Of a DNA stretch of 59,734 nt, positions 19,547 to 29,154 are shown piece by piece (the stretch's first letter is position 1; each line of letters begins with the position of its first letter). The notes beneath the pieces were generated by a model. The model had not been told where the DNA came from. It saw only the letters and a program-made list of their open reading frames with translations, and made no database searches. The DNA is from a virus (Duplodnaviria > Caudoviricetes): positions 1 to 59,734 of IMG/VR virus record IMGVR_UViG_3300032676_000325, one strand, 5' to 3'. The position numbers and the translations under genes are program-made.

Positions 19547-19891
19547 TTAGTTTAATTCTATAACTGGCATATTTAATCTTCTAGCGCCAGGCTCCTCTCG
19601 CATAACAGTGTTGATAGATAATACTTTATTATTGTTTCTGTCGGAAAAATACATACATCCAAGATCGATCCATGTTTGGTTATCACGTAGTCGAAATTTA
19701 CCTTGGTCTAATACAGTTTCTAATTTATCATTCATATTAGGTGATACTACCATGTCTAGCATTCTAATAACATAGTGCCATGGAATTCCACGTTCTTGCG
19801 CACGATCTTGTACATGCTCACTGACTCTCAAAATTAGATTGCCTAATTTGCGTCTTATTAAAGATTCTATTGCAAATTCTTTTACTCTCAT
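19547..19891 (-). CDS. hypothetical protein with a DUF4258/BECR-like motif
   Basis: N-terminus MRVKEFAIE; SEHVQDRAQERGI resembles the HAxxRMxERxI motif. Confidence 0.55.
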   Translation of the reverse strand: MRVKEFAIESLIRRKLGNLILRVSEHVQDRAQERGIPWHYVIRMLDMVVSPNMNDKLETVLDQGKFRLRDNQTWIDLGCMYFSDRNNNKVLSINTVMREEPGARRLNMPVIELN

Positions 19892-20601
19892 ACTATAAAA
19901 TTCCTAAACCAATCAGCACTGCCTTCACTTACCTGTTTCGACTCGGGTAGTTTAACACCTTCTTTACCTAGTGTTTCACGTGCATCTGCTACTAATTCTT
20001 CGTAATCTGAACGAGGTTTAATTTTGTGTATGATTGTATCTACACTGGCTAAATCTTGTGCTGTACCAGTAAATAGTATCTCTGCAATTTCTTTAGGATT
20101 CCTAGTAATAGTTTCGTTGGTTTCTCTATTAACTAATCCATTTTTATACGACCATTTAAGTCCGCGTGCTTTGGCAATACTGGCCAGCAGTACATGTCGA
20201 TGCATACCCTTATACGAGCTACCCTCTGGACTTCCCGTCATGCTAAATTTCTGCCAATCTGGCTCACCAAACATAAAGTCTGTTTGTACATACCCATTCT
20301 TAGGGTTACCTAGGATAGGAGTTTTTACATGTACATTATCTCCCGACTTCTTAATATCAGATTGATTTATACCACGGGATAAGAGCTGTTGAACTAATAC
20401 ATCTTTGGAAATTTTATTAATATCAACTGCTAGGTCTAGGTCACCTGATGTTTCTTTATATCCGGTTGATCCTAGCATGTTGTCTACTAGATTAAGACCG
20501 GTAATTTTTTCTAACCATTGTACAGTAGGGACAACATCATCTCGTCTAATGCGTTGAGTAGCTGATGTATTATCTGCGTTCTTGAAAACGTTACCACCCA
20601 T
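19888..20601 (-). CDS. Pol-beta superfamily nucleotidyltransferase
   Basis: hGS-x6-SGDLDL motif plus a third Asp (VQTDFM); start placed at ATG 20601 because of the GGAG SD. Confidence 0.75.
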   Translation of the reverse strand: MGGNVFKNADNTSATQRIRRDDVVPTVQWLEKITGLNLVDNMLGSTGYKETSGDLDLAVDINKISKDVLVQQLLSRGINQSDIKKSGDNVHVKTPILGNPKNGYVQTDFMFGEPDWQKFSMTGSPEGSSYKGMHRHVLLASIAKARGLKWSYKNGLVNRETNETITRNPKEIAEILFTGTAQDLASVDTIIHKIKPRSDYEELVADARETLGKEGVKLPESKQVSEGSADWFRNFIV

Positions 20602-21130
20602 ATGCATGCTCCAATCCTTGTACTACTGTATTTAAGCTATCTTCGTCAGCTTGGTATTTGATACCAATACCACCTTGAGAGATCCATTTGTTAATATTAG
20701 TGCCTCGATCATCAATTAAGATATTTGGGCTACCGTCTGCATTTACTGCATATTTCTCTTTGGTGCTGGTAATGACGATATCAGCTGGTTGTGGACTTAG
20801 TTGTTTACTAATCCATACACGTTTCCAATGTTCACTGTTTTTAAAATCACCACGTAGGGGACTTGAGCAAATACAGTATTCCGGCACATAGCTTAAGACT
20901 AATTGTACTAGACTATCTGCTGTGTCAAATTTAGGTAAACGTGCAAAGAAATCAGTGCCTACCATTTTGTTCAGAGTAGGGTCTTGCTTTGCTGGAGGAA
21001 TATCTCGGTATTTTCCGCTTGGAATACCTGCTAATTTGGCATATTCTGCAAAAAAATCAGCCAAAACACCGTCTAAATCTAGATAAATTTTAGTCTCTGG
21101 TGTTGCTTTAATTAACTCATTTGCTCTCAT
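20591..21130 (-). CDS. HAD 5'(3')-deoxyribonucleotidase-like protein
   Basis: YLDLDGVLADF, CSSP, K and ILIDD motifs; N-terminus MRANELIK. Confidence 0.85.
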   Translation of the reverse strand: MRANELIKATPETKIYLDLDGVLADFFAEYAKLAGIPSGKYRDIPPAKQDPTLNKMVGTDFFARLPKFDTADSLVQLVLSYVPEYCICSSPLRGDFKNSEHWKRVWISKQLSPQPADIVITSTKEKYAVNADGSPNILIDDRGTNINKWISQGGIGIKYQADEDSLNTVVQGLEHAYGW

Positions 21131-21136
21131 AATTTA

Positions 21137-21165
21137 TATTTATCCGTATATATGCTTACTAAATA
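21137..21165. promoter_or_regulatory. divergent pair of TAAATA late promoters
   Basis: Minus-strand TAAATA at 21137-21142 (6 nt before ATG 21130) and plus-strand TAAATA at 21160-21165 (5 nt before ATG 21171). Confidence 0.6.
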
Positions 21166-21170
21166 CCGTT

Positions 21171-22343
21171 ATGTTACACTCTTCTGAACTAAAAGTCAAT
21201 CTATCCGATTACGAGAATTTCTTAATATGGTTTAATCAATCTAACTACGTAACTGCTAAGTCATTAGATGAATGTACTCGATGGGAAATACGAGAAGCAT
21301 TATCTTATTATTTCTTTAATTTAAGTATTAGCAGTGAATTAATGTCAATAATAGATTCTATTAGATTTGATAATAGTTTAGGATGGGCTACATTGTCATT
21401 GGTTGACGAAGCAAAAATACAATATAAACTACGTCAGTTAGGGTATGAATTAACCTGTGTTGACCAATGGCCTACTACTGTAAATGAATTTAAACTTATA
21501 ATTGAAGATTACAGTCCCTCAAAACTTATAAAAAATAAAATACAAATAGTTCCTATAGTTGCACAAAAGATTGTAAGTAAACTGTCACAGACATTTGTGG
21601 TTAAATTTGGTTATTTAATCTTTTGTCTAGTAATGTTAGGATATTATCATGATTGGATAATGTTAGCACAAGGAGCACTGTTTGGATATCTGATGTGGGC
21701 TTGGGTTGAATTTGCTGATCATGATTATATGGAACATAGATATGTAGTACCAAAAAACAAAGTAATAAAACATTTTGTTGAGTATCTTTGTTATATTTTT
21801 ATGCCAGCGACCTATGCTAATAAAATAGAATCTATTAGATTACACACATATCATCACATCTATTGGAAGGGTGAAAAAGACAAATATACGCAAAGTATTA
21901 ATGATATTCCTGTGCCGGGGTTTTTTAATCCCCCATTGTTTACTAAACCAAATGCAAAAAATATGCAACGATTACTTAATGAATATCCCGAGTTTCCATA
22001 TATTGTTAAATATTTTAGAGAAATTGAAATATTAATATCGTTAATTGTTATAGCAACCTTGGGATTTAAATTTTATTTCTTTTTCTTTTTAATACCTATA
22101 TTAATTCGGCCACCTCTGCAAGCACAACATGATTTTTGGCTTACTAATCTAGGTGAACGTGATCATTATCTATTATTTCCGCTGGCATTAAATCAAGCAT
22201 GGCATGTTACGCATCACAATAATTTTAGAATAGTACCTAAAACTTGGAGCGAAGTGTTTAACGGACCATGGTGGGTTAAGTATGTTAATCCTCAATACTA
22301 CTTTGGTCGCCTTTTCTTCAAACTCAGATACAGAGACAAATAA
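21171..22343 (+). CDS. desaturase/hydroxylase-family membrane protein with an extra N-terminal domain
   Basis: His boxes HDYMEH, HTYHH and HVTHH; TM segments; N-terminal WEIRE...DEAKIQ...WPT domain. Confidence 0.75.
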   Translation: MLHSSELKVNLSDYENFLIWFNQSNYVTAKSLDECTRWEIREALSYYFFNLSISSELMSIIDSIRFDNSLGWATLSLVDEAKIQYKLRQLGYELTCVDQWPTTVNEFKLIIEDYSPSKLIKNKIQIVPIVAQKIVSKLSQTFVVKFGYLIFCLVMLGYYHDWIMLAQGALFGYLMWAWVEFADHDYMEHRYVVPKNKVIKHFVEYLCYIFMPATYANKIESIRLHTYHHIYWKGEKDKYTQSINDIPVPGFFNPPLFTKPNAKNMQRLLNEYPEFPYIVKYFREIEILISLIVIATLGFKFYFFFFLIPILIRPPLQAQHDFWLTNLGERDHYLLFPLALNQAWHVTHHNNFRIVPKTWSEVFNGPWWVKYVNPQYYFGRLFFKLRYRDK

Positions 22344-22365
22344 AAACCGCCCTTTCGAGCGGTTT
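22344..22365. terminator. terminator between convergent genes
   Basis: AAACCGC-N8-GCGGTTT hairpin. Confidence 0.7.
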
Positions 22366-22371
22366 ATTAAA

Positions 22372-25359
22372 CTAATAAAAACCTGGACCCCAATTTATGA
22401 CTATTGGAACAATCTGTTGCAGATGTACAGTGTAGTCATAATATCCTTCACTATTACCTGGATCATATGGTGACCAAATACCAATGTATCCATTTTCTTG
22501 TGTTGGACGTTGTGCTCCACCTGCTGAAAAAATATCATATTGATATCGACCTTGATTATAAACTCCATACGCTGTTGTTTCTGTAACCAACGCTGCTGAC
22601 GGTATAGCTGTAGCAGTAACAGTTGATGTCAGATCACCATGGTAATATTCTGGACCTTCTACTAATTCAATACCAACAGCCGCCGCACCATTTTGATGTG
22701 TGCTTTCACCGCCAGTACCAGTGTATGATAGTACTGTTTCGCTTGCAATTGAATTGCCCATCTTCATAGTAAAATAATCGTGGTCATCTATGTTACCTTG
22801 GAAGTGGAACACAACTGCGTCAAATACAGGAGCAATAAATGTTCCAAATGATGATGCATTACCAAAAGTAGAAATAGTTACAGCAACATTAGCACCAGGA
22901 GTCGTTGCATAAAGTGCTGTTTGTATTCCGGTAGCCGTTATATATTCTATAGTTAATCCATATACGCCACCGGGCACAGTCCAATAGTAAGTGCCTGGTA
23001 AATTCCAAGTCATTGTTCCGGATGGAGTTAATGAAGTATCATTTACTATAACTCCCGCTGAACTGCCTTGACCTTCTAAAGTTAACACCATATTAGTGTA
23101 GCCATCAGTGTGATAATTGTTAACAATAGCAACGTCAACATACTCTGAACTACCTATAACAAAATTGCCACTTGTTTGACCGCCGACTATTCGATTTGAC
23201 GCAATACCAGAAATATCATAAGTTATAGTTGTTCCAGGAACACCCTGTATATTTGCTACGGTAAATCTAACTGCATTACCTTCATTAACTGATGAAACGT
23301 TGGCTGATACGCTATATGATGTGCTCAATGATGTATTGTTAATAATAACTGATGTATTAGCTGTAGTATTGTCAATTATCATACCTAATGTTTTTGGGCC
23401 AGTAGTAGTATGTGCAGGAATAGTACTTATTACCGCGGTATTGCCGGTACCAACAGTAAAATGTCCACTTAATGATCCAGTACTTAAGAATGTAGGATTA
23501 TAACCTGTAAGTGTGTAATTAACATTGGTGCCTGTAGATAGTCCAGTGGTTGTTAGGGTAAATGCAATAGCATTTCCTTCGTTGGCAGATGCTACATTGG
23601 CTGATATTGAATATGTAATTGCAGGTGATATTAAATTCTCTGCGCCGGTAATTGTACTGCTGGCAATCAATGGTTGCCAAGATCCATTGACTTTAACCCA
23701 AGCATTTAATAATGCTTTCCATGAATTACTTACTTTAACCCAAGCATTATCGACAGGTAACCATGATCCTGATTCTTTGATGCTGATGTTAAATGTTCTA
23801 GTAAACACAAGTACGGCAGCGCCATCTTGTCCTGCATAACCAGCATTATTTCCTGGATAGATTGGATTTAGTGCTCCACCCGGTGCTGTTCCGCTACCAG
23901 ACTGGATAATAGTACCAAAATTAACTCCACCAAGTCCGCCTCCACCAGCACCTGATCCACTGCTACCGGCTGAACCGCCATACCAACCCCCGCCTCCACC
24001 TCCACCTGTAACAGGTCCAGATGATGAATTTTGTCCAATTCCGTATACTCCTGAAGCAACACCAGAAACACTTGTCGGTCCTGCACTGCCCCCAATAGCT
24101 CCACTTGGTCCGCCTCCGCCACCACCGCCACCTCCGGCAGCAACACCAACTACATTGCCGTTGATTAGAATAACAGATGCACCACCACCACCGCCACCTT
24201 GTCCGCTACTAGAATTTGCGATGGCCGCAGTGCCTCCTGAATAATTAGTAGGTGTAAGTAAACTTGCACCACCTAAATAACTTTGTGCTGCTTCGCCGAC
24301 AACAACTTTAATAATATCTCCTGCATGCACTTGAACAATTCTTGATGAAAATCCACCGCCAGAACCAAGACCGCCAGCACCACCACTAACAGTTGAATAT
24401 TCTGGAATATCAGTGTATAACGGTTCAACAACTGCGGCTGCACCTGGAGTTCCAGCAATATTCACTGATGAATAGCTAATTAATACATATCCACTTTGAC
24501 CAGCATTTGATGCCGTGGCTGTTGTACTTCCACTTGGAATAACCCCAGTACCTGTAGCACCCGATGTTGCAGCAAATGATTTGTCTGATCCCATTGATCC
24601 GTCGGCGCCGGTAACAACTCCGCCTCCGCCACCGCCGCCACCGCCGCCATCTCCGGAATTATTTTTTGGATAGCCATTTGATCCAGTTGCTGTTGAGCCT
24701 GGCACATAATCACTGCCACCACCACCGCCACCGCCGCCGGCAGCAACAACTACAATTGTACCATTAATAGCAACTGAAGAAGCTCCGCCGCCACCACCAC
24801 CAGCACCCGATGTTCCACTATATCCACTTGGGTAGCCGCCGCTGTCTCCTGGGTATGCACCAGTTCCGCCACTGCCACCACCACTACGGGCAGTTTGATT
24901 AGCACCAGCGCCACCGGCACTGCCGACATTAACTGAAATAGTTGATCCCGGAGTTACTGCTAAAGTAGTAGTAATCAATTGACCACCATATCCAGCAGCA
25001 CCTAGGCCTTGTGGTGCGCCACCATCATCAAATCCGCCCCGACCACCACCCCCGCCTACTGCGGTAATTGTTACATGTGTAACACCTTGCGGAACTGTTA
25101 TAGACTGTGTACTGGCTGATATAGTTATTGTTTGACTAGGAATATAAATACTTGGTGTTCCAGGAGTTGCAGCTGTAACCACTGTGCTTCCGGATAAAAC
25201 TTTTTCTGATCCACTTATAACTGCGGTTGCTGGACCAGCAGTACCTGCGGCACCACCTGCTCCCCATAGGTAAAATTGTAAAGCTGATATACCTAACGGC
25301 ACTGTATATGTATATGTGCCTGCTGAACTATATGTGGTGGTTTGTGTACTAAGACTCAT
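22372..25359 (-). CDS. glycine-rich tail-fibre/virion surface protein with Ig/Calx-beta-like repeats
   Basis: Poly-Gly loops, WVKVxxxW motifs and two SANVxSxNEGNAxxFT repeats. Confidence 0.75.
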   Translation of the reverse strand: MSLSTQTTTYSSAGTYTYTVPLGISALQFYLWGAGGAAGTAGPATAVISGSEKVLSGSTVVTAATPGTPSIYIPSQTITISASTQSITVPQGVTHVTITAVGGGGGRGGFDDGGAPQGLGAAGYGGQLITTTLAVTPGSTISVNVGSAGGAGANQTARSGGGSGGTGAYPGDSGGYPSGYSGTSGAGGGGGGASSVAINGTIVVVAAGGGGGGGGSDYVPGSTATGSNGYPKNNSGDGGGGGGGGGGVVTGADGSMGSDKSFAATSGATGTGVIPSGSTTATASNAGQSGYVLISYSSVNIAGTPGAAAVVEPLYTDIPEYSTVSGGAGGLGSGGGFSSRIVQVHAGDIIKVVVGEAAQSYLGGASLLTPTNYSGGTAAIANSSSGQGGGGGGASVILINGNVVGVAAGGGGGGGGGPSGAIGGSAGPTSVSGVASGVYGIGQNSSSGPVTGGGGGGGWYGGSAGSSGSGAGGGGLGGVNFGTIIQSGSGTAPGGALNPIYPGNNAGYAGQDGAAVLVFTRTFNISIKESGSWLPVDNAWVKVSNSWKALLNAWVKVNGSWQPLIASSTITGAENLISPAITYSISANVASANEGNAIAFTLTTTGLSTGTNVNYTLTGYNPTFLSTGSLSGHFTVGTGNTAVISTIPAHTTTGPKTLGMIIDNTTANTSVIINNTSLSTSYSVSANVSSVNEGNAVRFTVANIQGVPGTTITYDISGIASNRIVGGQTSGNFVIGSSEYVDVAIVNNYHTDGYTNMVLTLEGQGSSAGVIVNDTSLTPSGTMTWNLPGTYYWTVPGGVYGLTIEYITATGIQTALYATTPGANVAVTISTFGNASSFGTFIAPVFDAVVFHFQGNIDDHDYFTMKMGNSIASETVLSYTGTGGESTHQNGAAAVGIELVEGPEYYHGDLTSTVTATAIPSAALVTETTAYGVYNQGRYQYDIFSAGGAQRPTQENGYIGIWSPYDPGNSEGYYDYTVHLQQIVPIVINWGPGFY

Positions 25360-25362
25360 TTA

Positions 25363-26010
25363 TTATTCCTTGCTTCCGCAAATAGCATTATAGTCAGCCA
25401 TATTTAATGTATGACCGTCTGCGCTTAGTGCTGTAATTCTTTCTGTAACATGGTGTAAATCTAAATCTGATTCTGCATCTTCACGTGCATATTCTAATAG
25501 TCGAATAAACAAAGGAACATCAACTGTAATAGTGTCTACTGGAGAATCTTCTGCACTTTCACTCCATTGGCCACTACCGCTATGCCACTCATCATGATCT
25601 GAACTACCCCATGCACTATTAGGTCCTGACCATTGGTCTTCTGATAGTTTACTTGCCTGTTGGTGCACTTGTGTGCTGTATTCTTTACCATGTTTATTAC
25701 GTAATTGATTAATAAATCTATGATATTCGTGTGCTTTATTTGGATTTGTTTTAGCTGCACCTATTAATTGTCTTGCTGTAATTACATCTGGCATATGACT
25801 GTCTTCTGTGGCAATTAGGTTACTTACAGCCATGTCTTCATTTGCATGTTTAAAATATTGTACTTGACGTTCACGCTTTTCTGCACCAGCACGAGTAGGA
25901 TACTTGCCTAAGTTCTTACCAGTCTTTTTGCTTTTTAATTCGTAACCACCCTTGACTTTGACAATGTGCTCGGATAAGTCTGGTTGGCTAAAGAATTCAG
26001 TTAATAACAT
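25363..26010 (-). CDS. modular internal-head-like protein
   Basis: N-terminus MLLTEFF; short modules separated by xxE sites; TAAATA at 26041-26046. Confidence 0.75.
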   Translation of the reverse strand: MLLTEFFSQPDLSEHIVKVKGGYELKSKKTGKNLGKYPTRAGAEKRERQVQYFKHANEDMAVSNLIATEDSHMPDVITARQLIGAAKTNPNKAHEYHRFINQLRNKHGKEYSTQVHQQASKLSEDQWSGPNSAWGSSDHDEWHSGSGQWSESAEDSPVDTITVDVPLFIRLLEYAREDAESDLDLHHVTERITALSADGHTLNMADYNAICGSKE

Positions 26011-26073
26011 AATAATAATCCATAATAATACTGTATATGATATTTATGCTATTTTAAATCAAATAGAAAAAGG

Positions 26074-26103
26074 TTGACAGCTTTAGATCAAAGAATGTAT
26101 AAT
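26074..26103 (+). promoter_or_regulatory. consensus sigma70 (early) promoter
   Basis: TTGACA-N18-TATAAT. Confidence 0.8.
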
Positions 26104-26137
26104 AGCTATGTCTTTAATCAACCTATGAGTAAACTCA

Positions 26138-26584
26138 ATGACACAAGTAGCAGAACTATTAAATGAAATTATCGGTGATCCAATTAACGGTCCATATGAA
26201 GGTGAGGACTATTGGATTGATGAAGATGGCACAATTCAAATTGCTGAAAACAATGCTATTCTTGCAGGCACTATTCTACGCAAGACTAATAACAGTGGCC
26301 AATTTGACACAAAGTTAGTTAAGATTGGTCAACGTGGCGATAGTATTATTTTAGGGTTTGATACATTACTTGATGCTGATCCGGTATATAAAGTACAAAT
26401 TGGATATATGCGTGATACACTTGCTGAAGTTAAGAAAGACAATGCTGGCAAGTTTTGTTTATATTTAAATAAGAAACGGGCAACACGTATGTTTAGTAAA
26501 CTTACTGCTGCTAAAGCGTTTCTAAGGAAATTAGACAAAGATCTACAATCAGATGGTGTAGAACCAGAAGCAATAGATGAATAA
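26138..26584 (+). CDS. hypothetical early protein
   Basis: 148 aa with its own promoter and terminator. Confidence 0.75.
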   Translation: MTQVAELLNEIIGDPINGPYEGEDYWIDEDGTIQIAENNAILAGTILRKTNNSGQFDTKLVKIGQRGDSIILGFDTLLDADPVYKVQIGYMRDTLAEVKKDNAGKFCLYLNKKRATRMFSKLTAAKAFLRKLDKDLQSDGVEPEAIDE

Positions 26585-26586
26585 AC

Positions 26587-26611
26587 AAAAAGGGCCCTAA
26601 GGCCCTTTTTT
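26587..26611. terminator. bidirectional intrinsic terminator
   Basis: AAAAAGGGCC-CTAA-GGCCCTTTTTT between convergent genes. Confidence 0.85.
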
Positions 26612-29153
26612 ATTGTTGCGGAGTTGTTCCAGTAGGGGTTTGCTGTGAATTTTTAGCCTGTTGCGCTAATGTTTTAAATTGATTAGCAATTTTAGGATCT
26701 TGTGATGCCGCTTTAACTACATTCATAGTTGGAGCAAGAGCTTTCATATCCATAGCATTAGTAGCAGTGCCTTGGCTTGCATCATCAATAGCTTTGGCCA
26801 ACTGTGGAGCCGCAGTAGGAGTATTAGTAGCAGATTTTAATGCGTTAGTTGCTTGTAATGCTGCCTGTTGTGCTTGCGGATTAGTCGGATTAGCACCTTG
26901 TCCAGGAGCCGCAGTACCTTGAGGTTGATTAGCACCAAATTCTTTAATCTGCATTCTGCCTTTGATTTTATTCGAATATGCAGATGCCTTTTTATGAAAT
27001 TCTGCACTTAAACGATCAAATGCTGCTTGTTTTTCTTCGTTAGATGCATTACTTGCCGCAATCTTTTCCATGCCTCTTCTAAATGCTGAGATAACAGGAA
27101 CAGTTTTGCTTTCACCTAGTCGACTGCGATTAGCCGCACGTGCTGCCATGCTACTTACGCCTGCTTGTGCTCGCTCTTTACTTTGAGCCTGTGCTTTAGC
27201 TGGGTTTTCGTTTTTAACAGTTAAGATATCTGAACTGAATTTAACCTTACTAGGGTTAATGCTGTCAATGTAATGTTGAATAGCTGGTGATTTTTTATTA
27301 GCATCAACTAGATCTTTCAACATAAACGGTTTGCCAGTTGCGGCTACTACCATATTAGTAATAACTTCTGGTGCTACGTCTGTATGTCCTTGATGAATAA
27401 GTTCTTGGGCAGCTTTTAGTACAGCACCTTCAACTGGATCAGCACTTTCAATACCTTCTGGAATATGTACTTTCTTGTGTACACCTTTAGCTTTACGATC
27501 CTTAATAGCTTTTTTAGTTTGCCAATTAGCAACATCTAAATCATGCTTAGTTGATCTTGGATCCGTTCTAGTTCTGCTTGGACCTGTACCGCCAGTTAAT
27601 GGATCCATCTGTCCACTTTTGTCCCAATTAGTATCAGTCGGATATGAACTCATACCTTCATCCATATCACGATCAGTGTAATCTAAATCATATTGTGGTA
27701 TTTTACGTGAGCTACCAGCAGTGTCGCTTATTCCACTACCAGTCTTAATACCAGGTCCTGGAACCTTATCATTGGGATTAGAAAAATATTTTCCACCTTT
27801 AACCTTAGTAGTTGATCCATGTGATGAATCCCAACCTTTACGGCGAACAGTTGTAACGTTACCTTTCTTTTCTACATCCATTTCACCGTGTGGTCCAGTG
27901 TATGTATGACGGTTTTCGTAGATAGCACGATAAGCTAGATTCTTACCATAGTTCTGCCCTATGTAAGCCATTGCTTCACCTTTAGTAGCAAATACCGTAT
28001 CAAGTACTGGCTGTTTAGTGTCTAAACTAACTACTTGGTAACCTTTAGCTTCTGGTTCTTTTTTAGCATACGGAGCATCAAGTTTTTCTTGACGAGCTTG
28101 ATCATATTCCCAATCTGGATCAGGTTCATGACTGCTACGTTCTTCAGGACCACTTTCCCAACCTTCATTTAATGATTTATAACCGTCAGCATAACCTTTG
28201 CGTTCTTGTGCAGAAATACATTCTTTAGAATTGTTCGGTTTACCTGCTCGAGCATCGGCACAACCTTTTTTATGTCCTGTATTATAATCAGCATCTTTTG
28301 CAGCATCATCTATGCCTTCACTGAATTTGCCTGGGAAACGAGTCCAATCGTAGTATTGTTCGATTTCTTTACTTGATGTAAATTTGTGTACTTTTTTGCC
28401 TGTTTTAGGATCTACTAAGTAGATTAAGTTTGATACACGCTCACCTTCTCTATTTGCTGGGTGTGCCGCATATACTTTGAATTCTAAACCAGATTGTTTG
28501 TTTTTAACAGTACCCATGTAGGTATTGTCATTGTCTTCATCTAGATCATGTGCCCATTTTCTAGCATCCGGATCACGATCATACATTTCTGCTTCTTCCG
28601 CATCACTACCAGCATAATCATTAAATTCAACATCACTGGCATTAAAACTATGTTTGCCACCATTGTAAAGTTGAACTACAACAAAACGCCCATCGCGACC
28701 TAATTCGGTAACTACACCAGTTTCACCTTGTCCTTCTACAGGTCCAGTGATGATAACATCGTCGCCTACGTTTAATTCTTGTGAGCTATCTTCTTTAACT
28801 GTGTTGTAACGTTTACTCGGTTTGTCTGGAGATGTGTATTCGCGTGATGGTCTAGCACCTTTGCGACTTGGACGTTTTTCTTCTACACCTAGGTCGTCTT
28901 CATTAAAGTTAGCAAATGCTTCTGCCAATTCCCATTCTAGGCTTTTGTTTTCAGAAACTTTTTGCAGGCCTTTAAGCATGTTTGGCTCAGCTGATTCTTC
29001 ACAACCGCCACCTACTCCTTGACCTGGTTTAGGGGGATTAGGATTTTTACCTGCCCAATAACCTTTAAATTTTGGACCTTCAGGATTATTTGCGGCTTTT
29101 TCCATGCTATCACCTTTGTTTTCAAAGATGCTTAGTAGTTTTTTCATGTCCAT
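26610..29153 (-). CDS. large low-complexity modular protein, candidate protease-processed internal head polyprotein
   Basis: Start reset to MDMKKLLSIFE at 29153; recurrent hydrophobic-X-E sites; includes a KOW-like segment (VGDDVIITGP...GVV). Confidence 0.75.
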   Translation of the reverse strand: MDMKKLLSIFENKGDSMEKAANNPEGPKFKGYWAGKNPNPPKPGQGVGGGCEESAEPNMLKGLQKVSENKSLEWELAEAFANFNEDDLGVEEKRPSRKGARPSREYTSPDKPSKRYNTVKEDSSQELNVGDDVIITGPVEGQGETGVVTELGRDGRFVVVQLYNGGKHSFNASDVEFNDYAGSDAEEAEMYDRDPDARKWAHDLDEDNDNTYMGTVKNKQSGLEFKVYAAHPANREGERVSNLIYLVDPKTGKKVHKFTSSKEIEQYYDWTRFPGKFSEGIDDAAKDADYNTGHKKGCADARAGKPNNSKECISAQERKGYADGYKSLNEGWESGPEERSSHEPDPDWEYDQARQEKLDAPYAKKEPEAKGYQVVSLDTKQPVLDTVFATKGEAMAYIGQNYGKNLAYRAIYENRHTYTGPHGEMDVEKKGNVTTVRRKGWDSSHGSTTKVKGGKYFSNPNDKVPGPGIKTGSGISDTAGSSRKIPQYDLDYTDRDMDEGMSSYPTDTNWDKSGQMDPLTGGTGPSRTRTDPRSTKHDLDVANWQTKKAIKDRKAKGVHKKVHIPEGIESADPVEGAVLKAAQELIHQGHTDVAPEVITNMVVAATGKPFMLKDLVDANKKSPAIQHYIDSINPSKVKFSSDILTVKNENPAKAQAQSKERAQAGVSSMAARAANRSRLGESKTVPVISAFRRGMEKIAASNASNEEKQAAFDRLSAEFHKKASAYSNKIKGRMQIKEFGANQPQGTAAPGQGANPTNPQAQQAALQATNALKSATNTPTAAPQLAKAIDDASQGTATNAMDMKALAPTMNVVKAASQDPKIANQFKTLAQQAKNSQQTPTGTTPQQ

Positions 29154-29154
29154 A

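Noticed and set aside
23930-25060. ccaccg/ccgcca repeats as a DNA repeat or diversity-generating element
   Set aside because: They are explained by poly-Gly codons with varied third positions; no template/variable repeat pair or reverse transcriptase is in the window.
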